Positions 56,167 through 64,000 of a stretch of DNA of 64,000 nucleotides are shown here, one piece after another. Position 1 is the first letter of the stretch; every line of letters begins with the position of its first letter. Below the pieces are notes generated by a model, which saw only the letters and a program-made list of their open reading frames with translations, had not been told where the DNA came from and ran no database searches. The translations under genes and the position numbers were made by a program. The stretch is taken from the IMG/VR virus record IMGVR_UViG_3300006143_000002; one strand, 5' to 3'. The DNA comes from a virus (taxonomy: Duplodnaviria > Heunggongvirae > Uroviricota > Caudoviricetes).

Positions 56167-56499
56167 CTACCTCCTATTAAAATAACTTGTTATTTCTTTA
56201 ATAACCTTTACATTTCCCAATAAGGGTTCATTATCATGCCCATTTAATCTTATTCTATCTCCTATTACTAGATATACCCTTGAATTTGAATACATTAAAA
56301 ATTCAAAATAATCTAACAATGTACTACTATTAGGATTATCTGGAAGCTTAGGGTAGTAGTATCCATCGGCATAAATTGCTTCATATACAGATACCCCAGC
56401 TTCCTCACCTACAATTTCATCCCCCAAATGGATTTTACTTTTACCATTTTCAGGTATTTCGCCAAATCTAATATATACTGGTACACTTGCTTGTTTCAT
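56167..56499 (-). CDS. hypothetical protein
   Basis: 110-aa ORF between the endolysin and the holin-like gene. Confidence 0.3.
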   Translation of the reverse strand: MKQASVPVYIRFGEIPENGKSKIHLGDEIVGEEAGVSVYEAIYADGYYYPKLPDNPNSSTLLDYFEFLMYSNSRVYLVIGDRIRLNGHDNEPLLGNVKVIKEITSYFNRR

Positions 56500-56528
56500 A
56501 ATTATATTTCCTACCTCTCTAAATATGA

Positions 56529-57710
56529 TTATTGAACATCTTTCTTATATACCCAAGACATAATCTCTTTTAATAGTATTCCATCTGGATGTGTATTACC
56601 ACTTCCTACTTGCATTATAGTATAAGATTTTCCCTTGATTGAACTTGGAATTGTTTGTCCTGTACAATATCTACCTGCTGATGTCTTTAATGTTACTCTT
56701 TGTCCTTTACTAAATCCTGCAGGTGCTGATGGTTGAGGTGTTGGTGCTGAATTTCCACCTACAATACAACTATCATTTACCCATCCAATATTACCATTGT
56801 TTAATAGATATGGATTATTTGCACCATTTACTATTTTTGTAATAGTACCTGATTTAACAGCTGGATTTAATTTCTTTGTTGACATTGATGATGTGAATAC
56901 ACCATTTATTGAAACATTTTCACCTACATAGTGTCCTTTAGGTTGTGTTGGTGCAGATGGTGTTGAACTTCCACCAACTCTCTTTGTAAAATCTAAACAA
57001 ATCCACCCTGTTCCAGATTTTAGTCTACCCCAATTACCTTGAGTTTCAACTATTGTATAAACACCTCTATCTCTTATACAACCTGTTATCGCATTTCCTG
57101 TTCCAGCTCCACTCCTAATATTTAATGCTCTTGTTGTTATTTGTACTAAATAACTGTCACCATTTACTGCTGGAGCAGGAGCTGGTGTTGGTATAGGTGC
57201 AACAGATGTACCAGATAATTCTGCATACTTTTGTCTAACTATATTCCAAAATCTTTCTAGTCCCATATCAAGTGTTCTATGAGGACAATATTTACCACTT
57301 CTACTTTGATGTGTATTTACAACTTTTGTTCCTATTGTATCTACACCCCATCCATATTGAAGCATAATTCTTGCAGTTAATTCAGCAGCATTTCTTTCGG
57401 CTGCTTCAAATCTTGCTCCTCCTGATTTACTATAACATATTTCTATTCCTATTGTTTGTCTATTTCCAAATCCACCACCATCACCAGCATGCCAAGCATT
57501 TCTATTATGTTCTATTGCTTGAACAGCTCTTACATCATCTACTGCCCAGTGGTATGATACTTTATTATTATTTGTAATCATATATGATACTTCATTTTTT
57601 GCAGAAGCATCATTAGCTGTATTATGAATGGTGATTCCTTGTGGATTCATTTCATAGGGTGCTTTACACCAATATTTACTTGATGGGCATAACATTTTTA
57701 CTATTTCCAT
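56529..57710 (-). CDS. endolysin: N-acetylmuramoyl-L-alanine amidase (amidase_2/PGRP) with three SH3b repeats
   Basis: Amidase_2 motifs GITIHNTAND...YHWAVDD...AWHAGD...GIEI...CPH. Three SH3b-like repeats (SYLVQITTRALNIRSG..., HYVGENVSINGVF..., FSKGQRVTLKTSAGRY...). Start set at MEIVKM after RBS AGGAGG. Confidence 0.75.
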   Translation of the reverse strand: MEIVKMLCPSSKYWCKAPYEMNPQGITIHNTANDASAKNEVSYMITNNNKVSYHWAVDDVRAVQAIEHNRNAWHAGDGGGFGNRQTIGIEICYSKSGGARFEAAERNAAELTARIMLQYGWGVDTIGTKVVNTHQSRSGKYCPHRTLDMGLERFWNIVRQKYAELSGTSVAPIPTPAPAPAVNGDSYLVQITTRALNIRSGAGTGNAITGCIRDRGVYTIVETQGNWGRLKSGTGWICLDFTKRVGGSSTPSAPTQPKGHYVGENVSINGVFTSSMSTKKLNPAVKSGTITKIVNGANNPYLLNNGNIGWVNDSCIVGGNSAPTPQPSAPAGFSKGQRVTLKTSAGRYCTGQTIPSSIKGKSYTIMQVGSGNTHPDGILLKEIMSWVYKKDVQ

Positions 57711-57711
57711 T

Positions 57712-57978
57712 TTACTTTTCCTCCTCTTTCTCACCTTTACTTTTTTCTTTTTCTAAAACCTTTGTAAGTTCTTGAATTGTAGTTTGTAAATCATTTATTA
57801 TCATTCTAACAACCTCTGACCTATCTCCTATATCTAAATAATTCTTTGCCATTCCAAATTGATAAGCTGGATAGGTATGTTCTGTATCAACAATGTGTGT
57901 AATACCATCTTCCTGTACTTTAGTTTTTTGATACCATGTTTTATGAATTTCAAACTCAACATCATTACTTAACCTCAT
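57712..57978 (-). CDS. hypothetical protein
   Basis: 88 aa, E/K-rich C-terminus. Confidence 0.3.
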   Translation of the reverse strand: MRLSNDVEFEIHKTWYQKTKVQEDGITHIVDTEHTYPAYQFGMAKNYLDIGDRSEVVRMIINDLQTTIQELTKVLEKEKSKGEKEEEK

Positions 57979-58003
57979 TGTAGATTACCACCTTTGTTAT
58001 TGA

Positions 58004-58153
58004 TTAACCTTGTGCTTCTTCTTCACTTTCAACACCAATGCCATCTTCAATCTTTTCAGACCAATCATTAGCAGGGTCATTCATACATTGTTGTCCCAAT
58101 TCCTCATTGTACTCAATAATCTCATTAGGTTCTAACCAATTCTTTTCTTCCAT
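58004..58153 (-). CDS. small acidic protein (not in the ORF track)
   Basis: 49-aa ORF MEEKNWLEPNEIIEYNEELGQQCMNDPANDWSEKIEDGIGVESEEEAQG, with RBS GAGGAGG and a late motif directly upstream. Confidence 0.3.
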   Translation of the reverse strand: MEEKNWLEPNEIIEYNEELGQQCMNDPANDWSEKIEDGIGVESEEEAQG

Positions 58154-58177
58154 ATTCTTCTACCTCCTCATAGAATA

Positions 58178-58198
58178 TCTCATTAATATTTTACAGAA
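58178..58198 (-). promoter_or_regulatory. conserved late-gene motif
   Basis: TTCTGTAAAATATTAATGAGAT after a terminator, ahead of the 49-aa ORF. Confidence 0.4.
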
Positions 58199-58235
58199 CA
58201 AAAAAAGAAACTCCTATTTGAGTTTCTTTTAAATC
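58199..58235 (-). terminator. rho-independent terminator
   Basis: AAAAGAAACTCAAATAGGAGTTTCTTTTTTTG. Confidence 0.5.
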
Positions 58236-58435
58236 TCAATCTCTAATTATACTACGTCCCAATAATCTAATAATTCTCTTACTGTACTTATATTTTCTGT
58301 TGGTGGTATTTGCCCTAATGAATCTTCTATAACATTTAGTATATTAGATAATTCTAAATCCTCTGGTAAATTCATTAGAAAATCTACAAATTTTTCAAAT
58401 AATTGTTCTTCATTCATTGATATTACCTCCTTCCA

Positions 58436-59038
58436 TTAACCTAAAGTATATATAATAAATCTTTCTTCTGGGAATATTCTATAACAATTATCTTCTTCTC
58501 TTGCTATAAAATCTTCATCAGATTCTTCTTCATCTTTAAAATCGTCAAAGTCACCATAAGAACCATTTACTAATACATTATCTATTACTGCCATTGGATT
58601 ATAATTGATAAATCCTAATTGCTCATCAATAATTTCCATTAGTTCATCCCATACTAAATCTGGTACTTCTCCCCATGATTCTTTTACCCATCCTGCTCTT
58701 GCATCTAGAGCACTTTTATAAACTTCTGGTGCATTATGGAATATTTCTTCCCATTCTCCCTCATCTAAATAATTTGTGTATCCATTTCCATTCCATTCTT
58801 CTGCCATTTCATAAATATTGCTATTTTCAGTAATATATGTGTCTACTACTTCAAATACTATTTCTCTTATTTCATCATAATCACCATTTGTATAACCAAA
58901 ATTTTCTAAATCTTCAGATGATATAAATGTATCAGTAAATTCATCTGTTGCATCATCCACATCTCTGTATCTCATATCATCATCTAACTCACACCAATTT
59001 TGTATTAAATCTCTTAATTCTTGTTCTTTCTTTTCCAT
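58436..59038 (-). CDS. acidic hypothetical protein
   Basis: 200 aa, D/E/W-rich. Late motif and consensus promoter upstream. Confidence 0.35.
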   Translation of the reverse strand: MEKKEQELRDLIQNWCELDDDMRYRDVDDATDEFTDTFISSEDLENFGYTNGDYDEIREIVFEVVDTYITENSNIYEMAEEWNGNGYTNYLDEGEWEEIFHNAPEVYKSALDARAGWVKESWGEVPDLVWDELMEIIDEQLGFINYNPMAVIDNVLVNGSYGDFDDFKDEEESDEDFIAREEDNCYRIFPEERFIIYTLG

Positions 59039-59072
59039 ATTAAATCCTCCAATTCAATTTTAATCTATACTT

Positions 59073-59101
59073 ATAATACTATAAGTTTTAAAATATGTCA
59101 A
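59073..59101 (-). promoter_or_regulatory. promoter TTGACA-N17-TATTAT (extended family)
   Basis: Reverse complement reads CTTGACATATTTTAAAACTTATAGTATTAT. Confidence 0.55.
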
Positions 59102-59138
59102 GCATTTTTTAAAATTTTTAAAATTTCCTAAACTTTTT

Positions 59139-59159
59139 CATCATTAATATTTTACAGAA
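59139..59159 (-). promoter_or_regulatory. conserved late-gene motif
   Basis: TTCTGTAAAATATTAATGATGA, followed by the consensus promoter at 59073..59101. Confidence 0.4.
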
Positions 59160-59180
59160 CAAAATTAAATATTCATAGAT

Positions 59181-59714
59181 TTAGTATTCATCTACTTTTT
59201 TCAAAAATTTGGTTACTGTATAAATCTCGCCATATTCATCTACAATTTCAACTTTATCTTTATACTTTTTCATAAATTCTTTAAATTGTTCTTTACTTCT
59301 TGGGAAACTGTACTCTTTTAATTCCAACCAACCATCATAAGATTTTTCTTCATTTATTTGTTCAATATCATAATATCCGTCTGGTACTGAATTTAACTTC
59401 CAATGAAAACCACCACCTGAATATGTACCTATTTCTATTTTAATATCTTCTATTTCTGATAGGTACACTTTCTTTAAATGATAGTCTTCAGGTTCATCTG
59501 GATAACCACCATACCAACTTGCTGCATTACAAAATTGCTTATTAAAATTATCTTCATTTATAATATTTTGAGTAATATTAGTAACTTTAGTATATAAATC
59601 CTCTGCAATAATTTCTAATGCTTTATTTATTATACTTTCAGTACCTTTTATTGTTTTTCTTATAGTATTTAATTCTTTATCATCTTTTAATCTCATATAA
59701 TAAGTTGTTGACAT
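59181..59714 (-). CDS. hypothetical protein
   Basis: 177-aa ORF. Confidence 0.35.
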   Translation of the reverse strand: MSTTYYMRLKDDKELNTIRKTIKGTESIINKALEIIAEDLYTKVTNITQNIINEDNFNKQFCNAASWYGGYPDEPEDYHLKKVYLSEIEDIKIEIGTYSGGGFHWKLNSVPDGYYDIEQINEEKSYDGWLELKEYSFPRSKEQFKEFMKKYKDKVEIVDEYGEIYTVTKFLKKVDEY

Positions 59715-59715
59715 A

Positions 59716-59961
59716 TTATCTATCCTTTCTGTATCTATTTAATTTTCTTTCTATTTCATATACAATTTCTGTATTAATTTGTTCTGTACTTATAGGATTG
59801 ACTGTGTACCAATCTTCTCCTAAAAAGAACCTACATAATTCATCTACTGCTGTTTGTGCTGTCATTAGGGAAGGAAACATACCATAGTCCTTCATATCAG
59901 TTAGATGGAATAATCTGTCAAAAGTTTCTCTTTCTGTTTCTTTTCTTTTAGGTATAATCAT
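59716..59961 (-). CDS. hypothetical small protein
   Basis: 81-aa ORF. Confidence 0.3.
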   Translation of the reverse strand: MIIPKRKETERETFDRLFHLTDMKDYGMFPSLMTAQTAVDELCRFFLGEDWYTVNPISTEQINTEIVYEIERKLNRYRKDR

Positions 59962-60362
59962 TACTTACCCTCCTTATGTTCTTTTATTAACTCGTCTATA
60001 TCTCTTTTTAAGTTTTCTATTACTTCTGGTTCTAGTTTAGCAAACATATCATCAATTTCTCTATCATCTATTTCATTTTGTTGTTGTACTTTTAGACTTA
60101 TTAGTTCTAATTCCATATCATTTATCTCATCCTGTCTTTTGTATAAACAATATTTATCCTCTACTTCTTTTTGAGTACCTATATGACAACCCACTGGGTC
60201 AGAAACAAGCATACCATCTACAACTATTAAATTACTTATAACTACTAAAATATCATCGTCTAATTCTTTTTTATTTTTATCTTCATCTATGTATGTTGCA
60301 AACCCCTGTATCAGTACAAAATGGTTTGATGTCAACCTTTTATAAATATCTCCTAAGTGCAT
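59961..60362 (-). CDS. hypothetical protein
   Basis: 133-aa ORF. Confidence 0.3.
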   Translation of the reverse strand: MHLGDIYKRLTSNHFVLIQGFATYIDEDKNKKELDDDILVVISNLIVVDGMLVSDPVGCHIGTQKEVEDKYCLYKRQDEINDMELELISLKVQQQNEIDDREIDDMFAKLEPEVIENLKRDIDELIKEHKEGK

Positions 60363-60372
60363 AATATACCTC

Positions 60373-61128
60373 CTAATCTTCTAAATAATTATTTTCTAAA
60401 TACACATATCCAAAATCTAATAATACTATTAATATAATCCATAATAACCAAAATCCAGTTACAGCACCAGTAACACTTGTTTGTCTATTTCTTATGACTT
60501 CATCAATACTACTATTATAATAAAATTCATTATCTACTATTGTATTATTTTCTATATGTGTAAACAACACACCATTAAAAGATATTGGTATTGCATAATA
60601 TTTATATCTAATATAATAACTTTCCTTTACAGTATCTATATATTTATCATTGTTGAATTTAATTGTATTATAATCAAATATAGAATTTAAAAACTTAAAT
60701 TGATTTACGTGTTTAATTTCACTAGACACATAATCCCATTCCCAGTATGTTTCTGTTGTATAATATGTTTCTGTTTTAGTACCACCATTACCATCTGGAA
60801 CTGTTCTTGTATGTTCTACTTGTCTTGTATGTTTAGTATATTCTTCTTTAACCTTCTTTATATAAAAATATTTTCCATTAATTCCATCATAGGAAACACC
60901 ATCTATTCCCTCAACAATTCCTGACGCTAATACATATCCTATATTTGTTTTTAAAGCATAACTAAACATATCCATATCATTATCTACCTTTAATGATTTA
61001 TAATATTTATCATTTGATTCATCTATACTATTTCTAATTGAACTTGCAATAAAAAATCCAATACCAATTAAAAATAAAGTTAATGCAATAGTAATCATTA
61101 TTTCTCTCTTAGTAACTTTAAATTCCAT
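60373..61128 (-). CDS. membrane protein (N- and C-terminal TM helices), LemA partner
   Basis: TM helices at both ends. Adjacent to LemA, as in LemA/TPM-type pairs. Confidence 0.35.
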   Translation of the reverse strand: MEFKVTKREIMITIALTLFLIGIGFFIASSIRNSIDESNDKYYKSLKVDNDMDMFSYALKTNIGYVLASGIVEGIDGVSYDGINGKYFYIKKVKEEYTKHTRQVEHTRTVPDGNGGTKTETYYTTETYWEWDYVSSEIKHVNQFKFLNSIFDYNTIKFNNDKYIDTVKESYYIRYKYYAIPISFNGVLFTHIENNTIVDNEFYYNSSIDEVIRNRQTSVTGAVTGFWLLWIILIVLLDFGYVYLENNYLED

Positions 61129-61140
61129 TTTAAATTACCT

Positions 61141-61683
61141 CTAATTATCTTTAAATAGATTTCTTGGAGCATCTTCTGATGCATCATATTCAAGATAATC
61201 TGTATCTATTTTTTCAAACCCCATCATATTTAATATCATATTATTTGGAAATTTCTTAATATACTTATTATATTTCTTAACTTGAATATTATAATTATTT
61301 CTATGCTCTGCAATTAAATTTTCGGTTGTAGATAATTCTGTCATCAATGTTTTATAATTTTCATTTGACTTTAATTCTGGATATTTTTCTGCAACTGCAT
61401 TTATTAATACCTGTGCTTCTTCTACTTGTCCGTTACTTGCTTTTGTTCTTGCTTCCACTATTTTGGTCATAGTATCCTGCTCATATTTATTATAACTTTC
61501 AACTGTATCTACTAAATTATAAATTAAATCTTCTCTTCTCTTTTCTTGTATATTAATACTTGATTTACTTTCTTTAATTTGTTCACTTAAACTTATTGCA
61601 GTATTATTTATACCTGCAAACATTCCTATAATTAGTATCAATAATCCAAATGCTATGCCTAACATTATCAAACTCTTTTTCAT
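61141..61683 (-). CDS. lemA: LemA-family protein
   Basis: N-terminal TM, then RREDLIYNLVDTVESY...AEKYPELKSNENY...ENLIAEHRNNYN...YNKYIKKFPNN, the LemA signature. Confidence 0.65.
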   Translation of the reverse strand: MKKSLIMLGIAFGLLILIIGMFAGINNTAISLSEQIKESKSSINIQEKRREDLIYNLVDTVESYNKYEQDTMTKIVEARTKASNGQVEEAQVLINAVAEKYPELKSNENYKTLMTELSTTENLIAEHRNNYNIQVKKYNKYIKKFPNNMILNMMGFEKIDTDYLEYDASEDAPRNLFKDN

Positions 61684-61685
61684 CT

Positions 61686-61952
61686 CTATTCTCCTTCCCT
61701 ACATTGACTATATGTTATTGTAGTGTCTTCATAATCTTTAACATTTATTTCAGTTAAATTAGGTCTTTTTAATAAATCTGCAATTTTTGTTGTAATTACT
61801 GTTTGCATACCTTGACCATTACAAGGGCATTCTGTGATAAAGGGTGCTAACACTCTCTTACATATAGGACATTGCCAACCTTGTTGTGCTCCTAGTTGCA
61901 TATATCCTGATGTATAATTTTTTGTTTCTTCTGTTGTCTTTGAAAATTCCAT
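61686..61952 (-). CDS. Zn-binding small protein
   Basis: CPICKR...CPCNG. Confidence 0.3.
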   Translation of the reverse strand: MEFSKTTEETKNYTSGYMQLGAQQGWQCPICKRVLAPFITECPCNGQGMQTVITTKIADLLKRPNLTEINVKDYEDTTITYSQCREGE

Positions 61953-62155
61953 TAATATACACCTCCTTCATCTGTTATATTACTTATTAATATTTCTTCT
62001 ATTTCATCTTCAGATACATAATAATTTCCTGTAACTGCATTTAATACATAATCTATAACATCTTCTGGACAATCTCCTAAAATATTTATTAGTTGATTTG
62101 CATAAAATGTAACATTTTTAATATCTTCTTTTTCCATCTTATTTGTCCTTTCCAT
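61952..62155 (-). CDS. hypothetical small protein
   Basis: 67-aa ORF. Confidence 0.25.
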   Translation of the reverse strand: MERTNKMEKEDIKNVTFYANQLINILGDCPEDVIDYVLNAVTGNYYVSEDEIEEILISNITDEGGVY

Positions 62156-62369
62156 ATTTTCCTATACTCACATTTAATGGACTTACATCAATAATTCCTA
62201 GTTCATGTTCTTCTATAATTTCTTCATGATTTTTAGTTGTCACTATTTTTGCTCTTCCGTTGTGTACTTTTATTTCTGTTAAATAATAATCATCAAAAGA
62301 TTTTTCAAATTTTACTAAACAACTTCCTGTATAGTATTTTGTATATCCATATACTTCCCTATCTGCCAT
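62139..62369 (-). CDS. hypothetical small protein
   Basis: 76-aa ORF. Confidence 0.25.
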   Translation of the reverse strand: MADREVYGYTKYYTGSCLVKFEKSFDDYYLTEIKVHNGRAKIVTTKNHEEIIEEHELGIIDVSPLNVSIGKYGKDK

Positions 62370-62380
62370 ATCTATACCTC

Positions 62381-63229
62381 CTATATTTCATATTGACATT
62401 TAACACAAGCATCTACATTGTTTGAAAACATCATTCTTTCAATAATCTTTCTATCTTTATTTTTCTTTAATGGTTTAGTTATTTCTATTAATATACAACT
62501 TGTATTTTTAGATTCTACAACTCTATTACATATTATACCATTCTTAAATCTAGCAGAAAGAACACTGTTATTTTCAAAATCATAATTATATTGTTCTTTT
62601 AGTATTTTTATAAGTTCTTCGCAAGACTTACTATTTGCATCATTTTTATTTATAAATGTAGATGCTGCATATACAAGTGCATCTCTTCTTGAATATAAAT
62701 GTTTTAAATAAATATAATCGTATAGTCTTTCTTTTGGTAAATTAAATGCTTTTACCTCAAATATTGATTTTAATAATTTTTGTTTATAAACAGATGTATC
62801 TAATATATGTTCTAAATGTCTATTTTTATTTTTATATTCCTGTTGTTTAATTTCATCTTGCAAAGCATCGTTGAATATACTTACAGCTTTACTTGCAACT
62901 ACACTTGATATATAGCTTATTGTTTTACTTCCCTTTAACAGAGATAGTGTACCATTTCCATTTATAGGTACAAATATTAAATCTATTTCATTATGACTAT
63001 AATACCCTAATGTACAACCTGGTAATTCTCTACATAATGTTCTCACAGTCTGAACCATTGCAGATGAATATACAGCATCATAAGGTTTTTTAAACTCTTT
63101 ACAAAACTCCTTAAACTCTTGTTGTTTTACCCTTACTATATAAGGTTCTGTCTTAATTATTTTTAATTCCTTATCGCTTTCATATATTCCAAAAATCTCA
63201 CTCAATTTAATCATTTCTTGTTTAATCAT
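62381..63229 (-). CDS. divergent Thg1-like paralogue lacking the catalytic carboxylates
   Basis: PYIVRVKQQEFKEFCKEFKKPYD, GYYSHNEIDLIFV, KAFNLPKERLYDYIYLKH align with the RIDGxxFH, SDE and FNIPKE...NYFxWR blocks of Thg1/TLP, but D to K and D to N substitutions sit at metal-binding positions. Confidence 0.5.
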   Translation of the reverse strand: MIKQEMIKLSEIFGIYESDKELKIIKTEPYIVRVKQQEFKEFCKEFKKPYDAVYSSAMVQTVRTLCRELPGCTLGYYSHNEIDLIFVPINGNGTLSLLKGSKTISYISSVVASKAVSIFNDALQDEIKQQEYKNKNRHLEHILDTSVYKQKLLKSIFEVKAFNLPKERLYDYIYLKHLYSRRDALVYAASTFINKNDANSKSCEELIKILKEQYNYDFENNSVLSARFKNGIICNRVVESKNTSCILIEITKPLKKNKDRKIIERMMFSNNVDACVKCQYEI

Positions 63230-63410
63230 TTTTATAACCTCCTCTATACTTTAAATTAAACCTCATTGATAAAACTATCAAATGATTACACTCATTGCAA
63301 CAAATACCATCGTTTACTGGATAAGCATTATTCCCATATCCCTTAAATTGTTTATCACAAATACTACAAATTTTGTCTTCCATATTAACTTCTTCACATA
63401 TCTCATTCAA
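63222..63410 (-). CDS. Zn-ribbon small protein
   Basis: CSICDK...CCNECN. Confidence 0.3.
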   Translation of the reverse strand: MNEICEEVNMEDKICSICDKQFKGYGNNAYPVNDGICCNECNHLIVLSMRFNLKYRGGYKND

Positions 63411-63450
63411 ACGAGAATTGGTTTATAGGTAATTTTAAATAATTTATATA

Positions 63451-64000
63451 TTAATCACCTAGCAATACATTATTCTTTGTTACTTTTCCACCTAAAAACT
63501 CTATTCCAAGTTTCTTAATATAATCCATACAAGCATTTATCTCATGCATATCAACTATAACATCCCCCATTGCTTTCTTAGCATATATTTTATCATATAT
63601 ATTCTCATCATAGGTATCTTTCATAATTAAATTAGTAACTGTAACACTATTTTTACTTGTAATTCTATGACACCTATTAAAACACTGTTCAAATGTTGCA
63701 TAATCCCATAGTATTGATATAAATACTACTTGTGTAGTATTAGGCAATGAATGTCCAGCACCTAATGTTTGTGTTTGTGCAAATATAACACTAAACCCAT
63801 CTGTATTTTCATGTGTATTTATTACATTCATTATTTCATTTCCCATACCACCTACAATTTTTTTAGGGCTATATTCTTTAAAATAATCCATTGCAATATC
63901 TATTGCTTGTGTGAATTGACAAAATACTAATACTTTTTCTCCATTAGATTTAGCCTCATCTAATATATCTTTTAATCTTTCAAATTTTGTAGACTTTTGT
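63451..64000 (-). CDS. SNF2-family helicase, C-terminal part (gene continues beyond the window end)
   Basis: Helicase-C motifs FAQTQTLGAGHSL...VVF..ILWDYATFEQCFNRCHRI (motif VI QxxxRxxRIGQ-like). The reading frame stays open to position 64000. Confidence 0.5.
   Translation of the reverse strand, partial: QKSTKFERLKDILDEAKSNGEKVLVFCQFTQAIDIAMDYFKEYSPKKIVGGMGNEIMNVINTHENTDGFSVIFAQTQTLGAGHSLPNTTQVVFISILWDYATFEQCFNRCHRITSKNSVTVTNLIMKDTYDENIYDKIYAKKAMGDVIVDMHEINACMDYIKKLGIEFLGGKVTKNNVLLGD

Noticed and set aside
592-62425. All plus-strand ORFs in the six-frame track (for example 6744..7019, 28888..29373, 31733..32146, 54872..55183)
   Set aside because: They are antisense to long, well-supported minus-strand genes. 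They are rich in L/F/I/Y from AT-rich codons and lack RBSs. I treat them as artefacts
1-64000. CRISPR arrays, integrase/attachment sites, rRNA genes, recognisable transposable elements
   Set aside because: No spaced direct repeats, tyrosine/serine recombinase motifs or transposase signatures were seen anywhere in the window. HNH and GIY-YIG homing-endonuclease-like genes are present and are listed as CDS features

Overview
This window looks like 64 kb of a large, very AT-rich bacteriophage genome, probably infecting a low-GC Firmicute or clostridial host. Every credible gene is on the minus strand, so transcription runs from high to low coordinates. The plus-strand ORFs in the track look like antisense artefacts of the AT-rich sequence.

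Reading from high to low coordinates:
- A partial SNF2-family helicase C-terminus runs off the window end.
- A LemA/membrane protein pair, a catalytically degenerate Thg1-like paralogue and a lysis cassette follow. The cassette has an amidase_2 endolysin with three SH3b repeats and a holin-like protein.
- Next are an acidic 839-aa protein, the large terminase, and a run of mostly uncharacterised proteins that includes an 8-kb block of accessory enzymes: HNH endonuclease, XRE regulator, HAD phosphatase, a half-size HsdS-like protein and a nucleotidyltransferase–metallophosphoesterase fusion.
- A ~1.7-kb tRNA array has its own promoter and terminator.
- A frameshifted NAD-dependent DNA ligase lies next to a GIY-YIG homing endonuclease.
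- A 948-aa internally repetitive protein, an SPFH protein, a standalone Polβ-type nucleotidyltransferase and a canonical Thg1-like 3'-5' polymerase sit beside tRNA-Trp and tRNA-Cys.
- A σ70 region-4 protein and a trifunctional Pnkp-type polynucleotide kinase/phosphatase/RNA ligase follow.
- A block of small Zn-ribbon 'early' proteins includes a GatB/YqeY protein.
- At the low end is a tail-fibre module: three large fibre proteins (one carrying a dockerin type-I module) and three small paralogues sharing only an MIPxCK N-terminus.

The most interesting signal is a phage-borne tRNA/RNA-repair toolkit: Pnkp, Thg1-like proteins, two RlaP-like nucleotidyltransferases and three metallophosphoesterases, co-localised with about 11 tRNA or tRNA-like genes. 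Several of those tRNA-like genes have non-canonical anticodon loops.

Two conserved intergenic signals punctuate the window:
- At least 11 near-perfect TTGACA-N17-TATAAT promoters share a ~35-nt extended sequence.
- A separate 'TTTTGGTAAAATATTAATGAGG' element sits just downstream of terminators and ahead of late/structural genes.

No CRISPR array, integrase, rRNA or recognisable transposable element was seen (HNH/GIY-YIG homing-endonuclease-like genes are listed separately).
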